NCBI RefSeq assembly: GCF_000281045.1
Contig: NW_008246103.1
Coordinates: 88,582 to 152,581 of the forward strand
DNA length: 64,000 nucleotides
DNA from: Saprolegnia diclina VS20
Taxonomy: Eukaryota
Direction: 5' to 3'
The position numbers were made by a program, and so were the translations under genes. Shown here in pieces: positions 44,918-58,151 of this stretch; position 1 is the stretch's first letter; the number at the start of each line of letters is the position of its first letter. Under the pieces are notes generated by a model that worked only from the letters and a program-made list of their open reading frames with translations, was not told the DNA's origin and did not search any database.

Positions 44918-47054
44918 ATGGAAGAGCCCCTGGATGTAGGCGCGCCCGACGTGTGGGTCACACCCGGATGGACAGAGTACCCGATCATGGAGAACTTCTA
45001 CGCTGGCGGCGCCATGGACGTCGACCTCGAGTCGCCCTATGACGTGGTCTTCTCGCCCGACACCAAGGCGGCCTTCGCTGCCACCTACGACGCTGGCTTC
45101 GAGCGCCCGGAAGAAGACTCGGACACATCGATGGACGAAATGGGCGAGCTTTCCGCTGTCGCATTGGCCGAGACGCCCCAAGAGCGACGCGTGTCTTCCC
45201 CACCGACTTATGCCAAGCATCGCCGCATGACAACGATCAAAGACCTTAGCACGCCGACGCTTGCGAAGACAGCGGCCAAGTCGTCTGCATTCACGACAGA
45301 CGCTCTGCAAGCGACCGCTGACGACCTTCGCGCCAAGGTACGCTTTTGACACACCATGCGTACTTGGAAGCTCATGATGGACTAGCTTGAACAGTGTCTG
45401 GACGACGTCGCTTCCAAGCTCACACAAGAGTACGCCACGTACGAAGCCTATGAGCTCTCGACGCTGCCTCCGCCACCGCCACAGCCAAGTCTGTTTTCGT
45501 TTCTCTGCGCACCCCAAGCAGATCCGTGGAAGCACTTCGACGGTCTTCGCCGGCTCTGCGATCTCGTCACGACGTCGTCGCACCACCGCACCTTGAACCA
45601 GCTCACGCGCCACAAGCGCCACGTGCAGCGGCTACTGCACACGGTGCTTCGGCGCCATTACCACGTCCACGACATGGCGCTCACGGCCAAGGAGCTGGCG
45701 ACCTTTGAGTCCATCGAGATGTACCTCGAGCACGACCTAAAGCTCCATTTGCTTTCGCAACAGCGCGAGTGGCTTCAGCACCTCGACCTTGCGCGGGAGC
45801 AGGCCAAGAAGGACGCATCTGCGCACGCTGTTCGGTACCGGCATCCCTCTCTCGACGTCGACGACGCGTACCCGCACAACATTCGCCACGGCAAGATGCG
45901 TCGGCTGCTCGAAGCCGCAAGCTGGTACCGGCTCCTGCAGCAATCGGCTGGCCTCGGGCGCAGTCCCCACGGGACGAACCTCTCGGTGGTCGAAAGCAGC
46001 AGCAACGCTAGCCCGACCGAATTGCCGCGTCAGCAGAGCGTCATGGACGATGTGCTCGCTGGCGAAGAATTCTACGCCGAGTACTACGAGCTCATGAACA
46101 CAAAAGAGGTAGCTCTCGCCTCTTGCGATCGTCTCACGCGGTTACCTGTAGTGGTGGTCGGTCGTCCAAGCGCAGTTTGAGAACCTTATTTTCGCCGCTG
46201 CCGACAACCGCATTTGCCACATGATTGACCGTGTGTGCTTTGACGGCGCACGACTCGCGTGCGAAGACCTCCTCGATGACAGCACGTCCGACTCCACCCA
46301 CCCCAAGAAGGTGCCCTACGTCGACTTGCACCACGCGTGGCTGCGCGATCCAACGCCCGACCACGTGCTCGAGTTTATCGAAGCGGTGACACTCCGCGTC
46401 CGGCGCGAGTTTGGCATCCTCGACGACGTCAACAAGAGCCTCTACATCTTTATGCAGCGCGCGCTCTTCCCACGGCTAGTGACGCTTTGCTACAGCACGC
46501 CGACGCTGGTAGAGTGCGCGCGCAAGGACGCGCTCTGGCGCAAGAAGCAAGCGTCGCTGCGACTCGCCGGCGTGAGCATGGAGCAGTTTGGCGTCACACC
46601 CGACCTCGCCCGTACGTTGCTCGTCACTCTCAGGCAACGCCACTCACCCTCGTGTATAGAACGCATTCGCGACGGTGCGGTCGATGCCAAGATGGTGTTT
46701 CCGGCGGCCCGGCTTGCCTTTAGCGCCATGGGCAGCCTCGTGCCCTGCGACCTCCTCGAAGAGATGATCCACGGCGTCGTCGTCTTGCACGAAGAAGCTG
46801 CCAAGGTGTTTGGCACGACGCGGATCGCGGTCGACACGTTCTTCCCGCTGCTGTCGTACGTGCTGCTGCATGCGGACATTCCTTATGTGCACGCGCACTT
46901 GTATTTATTGGAGCACTTTGCGCTCGCCGAGATGCACGAGACGAGCAGCGGCGACCACCCGAACCGCAACGGCGAGGAGTCGTACTACGTCTACTGCATG
47001 CACGCGGCTGTCGAGGCCATTTGCAGCTTTGCGCGACCACCCACGATTGCCTAG
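44918..47054 (+). CDS. VPS9-domain protein (Rab5-type GEF), multi-exon
   Basis: C-terminal IAVDTFFPLLSYVLLHA...GEESYYVYCMHAAV resembles VPS9 motifs; upstream exons joined by short introns. Confidence 0.7.
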
Positions 47055-47134
47055 CCTAATGCGAGGAATGCGAAATCTTTATTAACTTACATGGTGTGGG
47101 GTGGCAGGACAGGGCAGGGCTGTGGTGGATGGTG

Positions 47135-47446
47135 TCAGTGGTGGTCGGCGCTCGCCATGTGATCGATCCAGAGCACGGCCGCGAGCTCGAGGAGAAGAAG
47201 CAGCACGTTGCATTCGCTGAGCTCGAGCACGAACGGCGGCAGCGTGCGCTGTAGAAAGAGCTCGACGCTCGCGATCACCGCCATCTTGGCGACGAGGTGG
47301 GCCGCGAGCTCCGACCACGAGAGGTCCTCGGCGTCCTCGCGGAGGTCGCGACCGATGGCCTCGTACGCCCGTAGCACCTGTGTGAGGACTCGTCGTGGGT
47401 TCGTGGGCGCCCGGCCGAGCATCAACTTGGGCCCGTCCATCTCCAT
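47135..47446 (-). CDS. Small hypothetical protein (103 aa)
   Basis: ATG-initiated ORF with GC3-biased codons, MEMDGPKLMLGRAP...; no family recognised. Confidence 0.55.
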   Translation of the reverse strand: MEMDGPKLMLGRAPTNPRRVLTQVLRAYEAIGRDLREDAEDLSWSELAAHLVAKMAVIASVELFLQRTLPPFVLELSECNVLLLLLELAAVLWIDHMASADHH

Positions 47447-48034
47447 CGTGGTGTTGTCGCGGGATCTTTTCTCGCCGAGGGTTGTGATTAAATCCCACGG
47501 TGGGTTTGTCCCAATGTCCCATCGCGGCATCTGTGTGGACAAACTGGACGCGATTAGTCGCTTGACGCGATCAACTAAGCTTTTTGGCACACGGGTCCTA
47601 TCTCAGCACGCTACCGATGGCCTCGGGCCAAAGAGTGGCTTGAAGCGTCCGAGCATTCGCGTAAACCATGCACAGCTGGCTGTCCCAACCACCCTGCATG
47701 CGAATAGTACACGTCATCGCCATCACCAACGCATACTATGTGTTGGTGCGGCCAAATATATATGTTGGTCGGGTGAAACACTCACAGCAATGGCAAGCAG
47801 TGGCGTTCTCAATCTCGAGCTCAGCCTCGCTGCAGAAAACGTGCGGGATGCTATGCTACAGAGAACCAGTCGCGAGCATGCTCGACTGCTTCTTGGCCCA
47901 GTGTTTTTGCCATCAAGAACACAATCTCGAGTATCGGTTACACCCGGCGGTGGTTGGGACATTGGGACAAACTGCGCAATCACCACCAGCCGGTTTAGTC
48001 GATGGCGTTCAGTCGAAGTCCAACATCACTCAAG

Positions 48035-49626
48035 ATGACCAAGCACCAAGCCGGAAGCGCGCTCAAGGGCGGGCGCGGGAAGAAGGCCAAGGACGAGGCC
48101 GCCAAGAAGCCGCAGTACTCTGTACCGGAAGAGGTCATCCCATTCATCTTCCAGTACCTCTCGTGGCGCGACGGGTACCGCGCCGGCCGCGTCTCGCGCG
48201 CGTGGCACGAGGCGCATGCGTCCATCTTGCTCCCGACGTCGCCGATGCAAGTGGGCCTGCACTGGCGCGCGTCCACGTACACTGGTGAGAGCTGGGACGA
48301 CATTCTGAGCGAGTTTGCGCCCGATGACACGTGCTTTGCCTCGCAGTATGCGCCGCAGCTCGCGATGCTTACCGTCTCGGGGTTGCCCCACGCGTTGCGG
48401 CGCCCAACGGGATGGAACAAGCTTTTCCATGTGATTCAAGAACGCAAGCTACTGCCTCGCGCCTGCACGATCATTTGTATGTACAGCGACTTTGGCATCA
48501 TGGCCTCCACCGCCGCCGGCGGCCACTACGACCTCTCGGAGCTCGAGAGCTCGGCCATCGACGACATGGCTGTGAACATCACGGTTGGGTACTTTCCCAA
48601 TACGACGCTTCAGGTGCTAGAGCCCACGAAGCACGAGATCCGAGATGGCCTCTTGACGCCAGCGCTCTCGCCGTCAACCAACTCGATCCTCGTGTACAGT
48701 ACCAACGGCGCGCAGTGCGACCACCTTGTCCGACTCATGGCCACCGTGCATACGAGCGCCAACATTGTTGGGACGATCCTTCCGTTCACGGACCGCTGCG
48801 TGCCCATAGCCGTTCGGCGCATCTCGCCCGCGGGCCCTAGCATCTCACACCCGACCCACCTCTGCGTGGCCTTTGACGGCCGCGTCGCGAGTGCACCGTT
48901 CGTCTCGCTTGGCTTCAAGACCATTTCACCCATCCTTCAGGTAGGTGTGGTGACCATGAACACGGTGTTGTATCCTCATGTGCCTAGTGCGAGCACATGC
49001 AGACGCGCCGGCATCCGTACTTCAAAGTGCTCCATACGTTCGAGTCGGTCGCGGTCGCCGCGTCACCGACGTCCCCCGCCATGTCAGTAGCGCCCATCCA
49101 ACTCCTCAATAGTGTGGCCGAAGCGTCGGGAAATGTGTACCTCTTCAAGGCAGAGACCGAAGCCGAGATCGCCGCCTTCATCGCGGCGCCCCACGCTGTG
49201 CACCTCGACCGCACCGTGTGCATTTACGACAAGCAGCACGGCATTGTGTTTTCGCAAGCGGACGCGGAGAGCGGCGCGGCGCCGTGGTGCGAAGGTATGT
49301 TTGGCGTCTTTTGCGTCCAGGACGCTGTCGCCGGCCAGTCGGACCTCGCGCACGCGCTCGCCTTGGCCAAGGCTGCTGCGTCCGGTGCCACGGTCCTCGG
49401 CGGGCTCACGTACCCGTGCGCAGCCCGTGGTGAAGGCTTTTACGGCGAGAACGACGTCGAGGCCCATACCTTTGCCAGCGTGTTTCCGGACACGCCGCTC
49501 GCGGGCGTCATTTCGGGCGGCGAGATTGGTCCGCTGGCGATGCCCGGCGGTAGCCTCTCGCCCGACCGGAAGATCGACATGCAGTCGTACACGACGTGTG
49601 GCGCGCTCTTCTACCTCCGCCCATAA
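48035..49626 (+). CDS. F-box / FIST-C protein (FBXO22-like), 1 intron
   Basis: F-box VPEEVIPFIFQYLSWRDGYRAGRVSRAW; FIST-C CAARGEGFYGENDVEAHTF..FPDTPLAGVISGGEIGP; alternative ATG at 48002. Confidence 0.85.
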
Positions 49627-50170
49627 TCGCCATTTAAGAAAATGCTCCGAAGCCCATGCGTTATGCGATGCAACATGGAGCGTCGACTGTGCTTGCGTCG
49701 ACAAGAAGCCAAACACAGAGGACGTACTGCGCCAACAAGCAGATTGTGAGGTGGAAGAACTAGTGTTCTGGCCACACCTACAGTACGTGCCAGTGTACCT
49801 TGGCGCCTTGCCAGCAGTGTTTTCACATGGCGCTCGTTTACTTTTGGTGGGCGAAGGACGCGCGAGCGGACGTGATAGCGTTCTGCTGTTGATGGCGTCG
49901 GACAAGGAAGACGCCATTCGATGGCGAGGCCTTCGTGGGCCTTCGGTCACGATCGGCAACGTGTGTGGGTGAGGGCTGGGGCTCATTCGCGTCGGCGTCA
50001 TCCGTCGTGAAGGCTATGGCACCTCAGTCCAGGAAGTCCATGTAGCCTGAGGATCCTGGCGCCGCACTCTGCTTGAACATACCGAGGCATGCAGACGGGC
50101 GAGTCAAGTGCAATCGGAGGCATACACTGCGAAACGATCTATTGGTGTAGCGGGCTGCTGTTTCTACTTC

Positions 50171-50824
50171 TTACTGCTGCTTCTTGCTCAACTCGACGGC
50201 CGCCGTGACGAGGTCGCGGAGGATGACGCAGAGGCGCTTGTGGTTATAAATGCGTTTGTCGTACCGGTCTTCGGCGAGCTTGACGAGGCGCTTGTCCTTG
50301 TTGTAGCGCGGGCCGGCGAGCTGCAGGAAGATCTCCATGGCCTTCTCGTCGAGGCTCAGCGCGCTCAGCGGCACCTCGAACGTGACCTTGGTGTCGAACG
50401 TCGTCTGGTCGTCCAAAAAGAGGAGGTTGTCGAAATCTTCGAGCGTCACGTTCATCTGAATCGCAATCTTGGAGCCGTCGAGCGCCGGGTGGATCTCGCT
50501 CTCCCACGAGTGGTCCATGAGTGGCACAAGGTCCTCAAACACCTGGAGCATCTCGACTTCGTGCTTCATGTCGTCGTCAAAGGTGGCGGGAAAGTCCGTG
50601 TTCCACCACAGCGGGTTCTCAAAGTGCTCCTGGATCTCGGGCAGGTCGTTGCCCTCCCACGTGTCAAAGGCCGTGTGGAAGAGCTGCTCAATGTCGCCGG
50701 CGCCGGTCTCGTAGTTCTCTTCTTCGCCGCCCTTGCGGACGTCGGCGAAGCCACGGGCGACGGCGAAGCGGCGGGCAGCCGCCATGCCACTGCGGGTCGC
50801 AAGAAGACGGGCTCGGGACAACAT
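50171..50824 (-). CDS. MRPS35: Mitochondrial small ribosomal subunit protein mS35 (MRP-S28/Rsm24 domain)
   Basis: Arg-rich presequence; KVTFEVPLSALSL..LQLAGPRYN..VKLAEDRY..YN. Confidence 0.75.
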   Translation of the reverse strand: MLSRARLLATRSGMAAARRFAVARGFADVRKGGEEENYETGAGDIEQLFHTAFDTWEGNDLPEIQEHFENPLWWNTDFPATFDDDMKHEVEMLQVFEDLVPLMDHSWESEIHPALDGSKIAIQMNVTLEDFDNLLFLDDQTTFDTKVTFEVPLSALSLDEKAMEIFLQLAGPRYNKDKRLVKLAEDRYDKRIYNHKRLCVILRDLVTAAVELSKKQQ

Positions 50825-51336
50825 GGCCTGCTTTCAATAACTGGTGCACAAAAACCAATCACCAATTTCCTCTTTCTTTTAATACTCAGAGCGAAGAGAC
50901 CTCTTAAAACACATACCTCCCACAACATATAGGAAGACAGCCAATCGCAAGCGACCAAATCATCACTTTGATGCTGTCGCGGTGCGGGCCGGCAATCAAT
51001 TGACCCGATACAACCTCGGTCTACGCAGCTGCCGTAGCACAGATATGGTGGTGCAAGCCACATGCACCCATCATCGAATGCACTCGACAACGGGCGGCGA
51101 GCAGGTGTACGTGGCGATCCTCAGCGTCGCGCTGGCATGACGTGGCAACTGCATGTGGATTCAGCAATAATCTGATTGGGGGCAAGGATCTGGATGCATT
51201 TAAATCCACGCGCGGTGCAAAATACAATGGAATGCAGTTCCTTTATTTAGGTTGTTGTAGGGAGAATTAAATGTTATGAAATAAATTGACGACATTGCGG
51301 CAGTGTGTCTCCGACGCCATTTTCGATCCAGCGGCC

Positions 51337-52203
51337 ATGAGCGAACCGGACGAGCTCTTTACGCTGAAGAACCAGTTCTGGGTCGGCAACTTCCGCAACG
51401 CGATCCAGGAAGCGACGGTGCTCAGCCACATCCCCGAGGCCCAGAAGATGGACCGCGACGTGTACGTCTTCCGTGCGCAGCTCGCGCTCAAGAACTACGA
51501 GGGCGTGCTGCAAGCGATCCCGGCCGACGCGCCGATCTCGCTCAGTGCCATCAAGCTCTACGCCACGTACCTCAATGGCGGTGACGCCGAGATCACGCTC
51601 CTTACGCTGCGCGAGTGGCTGAGCACGCACCACGGCGAGAACCCGCACTTGCTGCTGGTCGCGGGGCTTATCTTCATGCAAGAACACAAGTTTTCGGACG
51701 CACTCTCGGCGCTCACGCGTGGCCGGTCGCTCGAGCATCTTATGTACACGGTGCTGCTCTACCTCAAGATGGACCGTATCGACCTGGCTGAGAAGCAGAT
51801 CCAAGACATGAAGCGCATCGACGAGGATGCGACAACGACACAGCTCGCCAAGTCGTGGACCATGGTTTCCAAGGGCGGGCCTGTCTGCGACGAGGCCGCG
51901 CTGCACTTCCAGGAGCTCGGCGACCGTTTTGGCGCATCGGCACAGCTCCTCAACGGCGCGGCGGTCGCGTACATGGGCCTGCTCAACTTTCCGGAGGCGG
52001 ACCGCCTCCTGCACGAGGCGCTGGCAAAGGACCCGACGTTCGAAGATACGTACGTTAACCTGGTTGTGGTTGCGCAGCACTTGAAGAAGGACAGCTCGGC
52101 GTACGTGGCGCAGCTCCAGCAGCTCAACCCAAAGAACGAGTGGCTCGAGTCGTACCTGCACCTCGAGAGCGGCTTTGCGCGCCTCGCGGCTTCGTACTGC
52201 TAA
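51337..52203 (+). CDS. COPE: Coatomer subunit epsilon
   Basis: DELFTLKNQFWVGNF, LKMDRIDLAEKQ..MKRIDEDATTTQLAKSW, FQEL, LLNG, EALAKDP. Confidence 0.95.
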   Translation: MSEPDELFTLKNQFWVGNFRNAIQEATVLSHIPEAQKMDRDVYVFRAQLALKNYEGVLQAIPADAPISLSAIKLYATYLNGGDAEITLLTLREWLSTHHGENPHLLLVAGLIFMQEHKFSDALSALTRGRSLEHLMYTVLLYLKMDRIDLAEKQIQDMKRIDEDATTTQLAKSWTMVSKGGPVCDEAALHFQELGDRFGASAQLLNGAAVAYMGLLNFPEADRLLHEALAKDPTFEDTYVNLVVVAQHLKKDSSAYVAQLQQLNPKNEWLESYLHLESGFARLAASYC

Positions 52204-52310
52204 GCCGATAGGATCCTATTACACGTGCCAATACTACTACCTACTACGACTACTACTGCAACGTGCGTGGGTCAATGTTGTTATTTTATTGTATACATAT
52301 ATGGGCATCG

Positions 52311-53066
52311 CTAGGCGTAGTTGCTCGTGCGGCGGCGGGTCGAGGACGACGACAGGACGCGGTCCTCGAGATGCATGCGACCGGCACCCACGAGCCGACT
52401 GCTTCCAGTGGTCGAGCTGTTGGACGACGACTTGGTGAGCTTTCCGTTGACGAACTCTTCAACCTTGGTCTCGACACGACCGTCGGGGTGCTGGATCGAC
52501 GTCGTCTTCTTCGTCACGGTCTGGCCCGTATGGTCGCGGAACATGGACGTGCTGCTGGAGCTGCTCGTGAAGCCACCGCCGCCAAACCCCGAGCTCATCG
52601 AGAGGAGGCTGCTGCTGCCGCCACCAAAGCCGCCCATCATGAGGTCGTCCATGTCCATCATCATCATCCCGAGACCGCCAAAGCCAAACGGATCGCGCTG
52701 CGTCGTCGTCGAGCGTGCTCGGGCGCGGGGCATCGGGTCCATCATGAACGGGTCGCGGCCGCCAAAGAAGGCTTGGAAGAGGTCGCGCGCGTCAAAGAAC
52801 GTGAACGGCTGGAACGCAGATGCATCTTGGTAGCAAAAGCTGGCGCTGCGGCCGTACTTGCGGCCATGGTCGTACTCTTGCCGCTTGGCCGCGTCGCTCA
52901 GGATCGCGTACGCCTCGCCGATCTTCTTGAAGCGGTCTTCGGCGCCAGGCTCCTTGTTCTTATCCGGATGCCACTTGATCGCGAGCTTGCGATACGCGAG
53001 CTTGATCTCGGCCTCTGTCGCGGTCTCGGGCACCTCGAGCACGTCGTAGTACGTTGTGTCGGCCAT
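52311..53066 (-). CDS. DnaJ (DNAJB6-like) co-chaperone
   Basis: [23 protein letters not shown]- and S/T-rich regions. Confidence 0.93.
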   Translation of the reverse strand: MADTTYYDVLEVPETATEAEIKLAYRKLAIKWHPDKNKEPGAEDRFKKIGEAYAILSDAAKRQEYDHGRKYGRSASFCYQDASAFQPFTFFDARDLFQAFFGGRDPFMMDPMPRARARSTTTQRDPFGFGGLGMMMMDMDDLMMGGFGGGSSSLLSMSSGFGGGGFTSSSSSTSMFRDHTGQTVTKKTTSIQHPDGRVETKVEEFVNGKLTKSSSNSSTTGSSRLVGAGRMHLEDRVLSSSSTRRRTSNYA

Positions 53067-53620
53067 GGCGTCAGATCTAAAATTACGGGCCATTGCGGCT
53101 TGCCACGTTTGCTTCGAGAAAATTCTACCAAACTTTATATTTCCGCCGGATAAACCTCTAGCAATACATGTCTGCGCATCCCAGTGCAGCCTTGAACAGC
53201 AAGGGGTATCGACGACGACCTCCCTTGAAGGAGTGGATCCGAAGACGGACGCTTGTGCGGTACCTACAGTACATCTTTCAATAGGTAGCAAGCGCGACGC
53301 CGAATACGTTGGGGCAAATGTGTGATGCTCGTTTACGTAGCAGAGGCAAAATGTTGCGTGAGTTTAGATCACACACTATTTCATGTACTTGAAGGTGATG
53401 CTCCTGGCCGCAGACGATATTGCTGCTTTGTGAAAGCGCATGGCTGCTTACGGTCTCGTACCGCCTTCTTTAGAAGCAAAATGTAAGTTTGTGAAGTGAA
53501 TGCCGCTGGTCTTACTACTTCTCTGTGCCGATTTCGTTCGCGAGCAGTTCTATTGTAATAGTGTTACAACGGATAACAGTATTTTACCGGTATTGCCCTT
53601 CGCCGATCCAGCCCGACAGC

Positions 53621-55753
53621 ATGAGCACGACGACCGATGAGACGTCGTCCATGGCGAGCATGTTCTCACGCATGATTGCCTCGCGCTTGTAAGTTGACAT
53701 GTGCTATGTGAAGACGCATCGACGCATGCGGGTAGCACCATTGGCGACGTGGACAGTAGCAGCAGCCAGCACACCAAGAAGCCGACGACGCCAACGATCC
53801 CGGCCGAGCTCGAGCTCAAGATCGCGCTCGTGGGCGGCAACGGCGTCGTACGCTCTCATCTCGATGCTCGCTGGTATGTGGATCACGCGTGGGACCCTAG
53901 GGCAAGACGTCGATCGTGCGCCGATGGCTCAAGCGACCGTACCAGTCGGCGTACAGCCAGACCATCGGCGTCGACGTGAGCACGCTCCTCTACCCGTACG
54001 GTCCGTCCAAGCAGCCCGTCAAGATCCAAGTCTGGGACGTCTCGTCCGCCGAGGTCGACAATACGAGCTTGCACGAGCTCCTCTGCGACGACCTCGACGG
54101 TATCTTCTTCGTCTTCAACGTCCATCGCGTGAGCTCGATTGCGGCCATTGACGCGTGGCGAACGCAGCTTGCGGCGTTCATCTCGTCGAGCGAAGTGCCC
54201 TTTTACCTTCTCTGCCACAAGGCCGACATGCTACAGAAGCGCGTCATGACGAGCGATGACATTGAAGCCTACGCGCGGGTACGTCCCTTCTGCGATTCCG
54301 CAACCTTCATGGCGACATGCGCAGACGGCCGGGTACCGTGGGTGGTCGTGGACCGTCGGGCGCATGGGGTTGGGCGAAAGCGACCGCAACCCTGCCGTGA
54401 TCGAAGCACTCGACAAGATGGTACCGCTCACTCTCGCAGTACGTAGCCGTGGGTTCAACAGACGGTGGCGTAGGTCGACTGCATCTGCAAAAGCGAGCCG
54501 CTCGACGTCCTTGTCAAGGCGCGTCGCGCGATGGCGTCGCCGCCCACGGTGCGCCATCCATTCATGTCTTCCTCTACGCATCCTTCGGACGATGTAGATG
54601 CTGCTGACGCCAAACGCCGAGCGCTTCATCGAGTCGACGCCACCGTGCTTCTCATCGGCCGTGCTCCACGTGCCGACGCAAGCGATCACAACGATCCCGC
54701 GGTCCACAAGTGACGTTGACGCGCCGTCGGGCTTTGGCGCCAACTGGATGTTTGGCGATATGAAAGGGCAGTATCTCGAGGAAAAAGAAGCGTCGTCCGA
54801 AGTGGACTTTGCGTTTCACGACGTCCGCGCGCCGCCACCCAGCAGCGACGATTCGCCTGTCTCCGCGATGAGCCACGAGAGTGACGACGACGACGAGGGC
54901 TGGCAGTTCTTTGCCGGTAGCATTGAGCGCCACAAGGCTGAAAACATTTTGAGGTCCGTGTGCAGATATGGAGGTAGCGACGTGACGAGTTGCATAGTGC
55001 ACGAGGCGAAGGCGCCTTCCTCGTTCGCCGAAAGGACTCGCAGACGCTCGTGCTCTCGTACAACGGCGCCGACGACATTCACCACGTGCTTCTCGAGTTT
55101 CACGACGGCCGGTACCACATTGGGTCGGCCAAGGTAGCGTGCATGTGGATCGCGGCCGCTGAGGGTTTCCTAGTCGTCGCTCAACCAGCCGTCGTTTCCA
55201 ACGCTCGCTGCGTGCCTCCAGAGCATCCAGCGCTACGCGAGCCACGGCATCGTGTTTCGCCGGCGCCAGCGCTTCCGTGTCGGGGAAAAGCCGACAGCGT
55301 CGATTCTTCTCGAGCCCGAGACGACGCCGACGCCGCGCGCGCCGCCGCGAAGCGCGGGCAAGTCGGACATGGTCTGGCGCGTGAGTACGACCGAGTCGGG
55401 CGCGCTGCCGCGCCTCCAGTCGATGCAGGAGCGCCTCGACGTGCCACCAATCCAGCGTCTACAAGTGCTCACACGTGACTTTTACGGCCGCCTCCGCACG
55501 CGTCTCCGCGCGTTGCTGCCCACGAGCTCCAATGGTACTCGTCTCTAAGCCAACGAGGGAATGACGAGGTCGCGTAGAGGAAGCCACAACGATTCAAGAA
55601 CTCCTCGCGGTGGCGCTGGTCGAAGAGCGTGAAAATACACTGCAGGACGGTCGACGCACAGGCCTCGAAGACGCGTGGCGAAAGCTGGTCAAGGACATGG
55701 AGTCGTGGAATCAGATCTTAGCGACGCTCGTCCGTTCATATACCGTGTGGTGA
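53621..55753 (+). CDS. Atypical Rab-like GTPase domain fused to an SH2 domain (multi-exon, manually spliced)
   Basis: KIALVGGNGV/GKTSI, TIGVD, IQVWDV, LLCHKAD; later WQFFAGSIERHKAENIL/ARGEGAFLVR..TLVLSY..IHHVLL..SFPTL. Confidence 0.72.
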
Positions 55754-56084
55754 CCGACCTTGACACGATCCTGTGCGTAGGAAATCACGGCCCCGTAAGT
55801 CTGATATGGACTGATACGATCTGGTATTCCCAGTCGCGGTGCTCGTTTTGTCAAAACCTAAGAATCAACACTGGACTGCACGGCATATGGTGTCATGACA
55901 GTTGTCGTGGATCGATAGACAATCTGTCCATTCGTATAGTAATTTGGTTGGTTTCGAGCACACGGATCAAAGCAAATGTGTGGTCTGCGCTGTGGCGCTG
56001 CCACGTCATCGGGTGATCGGCAGAAACCGAAAGATCGCAATCGATGTGGGGATAAGAAGGGTCCACAAATAGAAGGCAACGAGC

Positions 56085-57654
56085 ATGGGCCGACCAAGCG
56101 ACGAGAAGAGTCTCCTGCCGCCTCTCAAGACGCCGACGCCGGCGCCAACGCACCAGCCGCTCTCGACGTGGGAGGTCACATTGCACTTGCTCAAGGGCAA
56201 CATTGGCGCCGGCGCGCTCTCGCTCCCGTACGCGTTTGCAAAAGCGGGCATCTACGTCGCGCCAGTCGTCTACTTGTTCATCGTATGCAGTTTGCGTTGC
56301 CTTGGACACTGAGTGGCGGTGTGTAGGTGGTCATTTGCATCTACAACATGAACCTGCTCCTCTACTGCAAAAACAAGCTGCGGCCCGAGCGCGGCATGAC
56401 GTTTGGCGACGTGGGCGGCGAGCTCCTCGGGAAGCACGGGAAGCGCGCGGTCAACGTCTTCCTCGTTGGGACGCAGCTGAGCTTTTGCTGCGTCTTCTTC
56501 ACCGTTGTCGCCACCAACCTCCACGCGATTTTGCCCGCCAAGTTCGACGCCATCGTTCGCTGCACGAGGCTGACATGGGCGTAGGCTCAGCCACGACTTC
56601 CAAGAGCGACAACTCATCTTGCTCATCTTTCCGATCATCCTCGGGCTATCTTGGATTCGCTCCTTGCACAAGATCACGCCCTTCTCGGCCCTCGGTACTG
56701 CGTAGCTTCCTTTCCATTAATCGACGTTGCCTCATGGAAATGATGCAACTAGCGACGTTTGCAGTCCTCCTTGGCATCGCTATTGTATTTTACTACTCGT
56801 ACGCCTATGCGAGCGCCGCGCAGACGCCGCCGCCACTGGTGACGACGTTCGCGTGGTCACGCCTCCCCGAGTTTTACGGTGCGCTGCGAGCTTGGAGCAT
56901 ACGCTCACTGCACGACGTAGGCACGGCCGTCTACTCGTTTGAAGGCATCGGCCTCATCTTGCCGTTGGAGAAGGACATGCACGACAGACGGCTCTTCCGC
57001 GGCGTGCTGCTGCGCACCATGGCGTTCATCCTCATTCTCTTCCTCTTCCTTGGCGAGGTGCCAGTTCTCGCGTTTGGGTCGATTGAGAATGGCAGCATGA
57101 CGGCCGTGCTCCAGCGGTACTTTCCTGGCTGGTCGGTCACGCTGGCGAATTTGCTCCTCGCGATCGCGTGCTTGTTTTCGTTTCCGATTCAGTTTTACCC
57201 GGCGCTCGAAGTCTTGGAGAAGCTCCTCGCGCGCCGCGGCTACCTCACGCCCAGCATCCAGACCTTCAGCGACGTTGCGCCGCCGCCACGAAGCCGGGTC
57301 TGCCCCACACGCTGCGCGCCAGTCGAACCGCCTGTGCCACAATGGCTCGAGAATATGCTCTCGACGTCGCAATATGAAGTGCGGCGTACGCTCTTCCGGT
57401 CGATGCTCGTCACGTGCTTGATGCTGGTCGCGATCTGCGTCCCGAACGTCGGCCTTCTCATTAGCCTCTTTGGCTCGGTGGGCTCGAGCATGCTAGCCGT
57501 GATCTTGCCGCCCGTGTTCTACCTCGCTCTGGAGCGCGACCGCGTCTGCGTGGCATCGTGGGCGCTGCACATCAGCATCGTCGCTGTCGGCTGCGTCGGC
57601 ATGGTTGCCGGGACCATCCAAGCGCTCGACGACATATTTGCTACCTTCCAATAA
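56085..57654 (+). CDS. Amino acid/auxin permease (SLC36-like), multi-exon
   Basis: HLLKGNIGAGALSLPYAF, GTAVYSFEGIGLILPLE, FSFPIQFYP, ISLFGSVG. Confidence 0.93.
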
Positions 57655-58151
57655 GCGGGACCAACGTTGAGCTGTACGTACTTTGGCGACAGAGATGATT
57701 CCATGCACACCGCACTGAGCATATGGCTGCAGGGCCAAGGACATGCAGGGAAAGAGGCGCACCACTGGCTCCTGCTGCTTCGCAACAGAGAGGACGTCGG
57801 GTCTTAGCGTTTGTTGCGCTGCATGGGCGGTATCATCATGGTAGAACCTGCGTGTGAAGATGTCATTGTGCTTGTGGTCATGGCGCAGCGTCCCGAGGTA
57901 GTAGATCGCCATGGCGTTGGTTGTTGCGACGCGGCTGGCTTGCCAAGATCCCAATCTGGCGACTTTGAGCCAATCAGAACTCGCCACCAATTCTGCCACC
58001 GGGTTTCTTCCGGGAAATATATGCTTTGTGAGAGGTTTTCTTTCTTGAGAAAGCCCCAGCACTTGACGTAGCGATCTCGACTTGGCCACAAATATAAGAT
58101 TTCACAGTATTTTCGTCGACGCCAGGCTGGGCCACAACGAGATTTTCGAGC

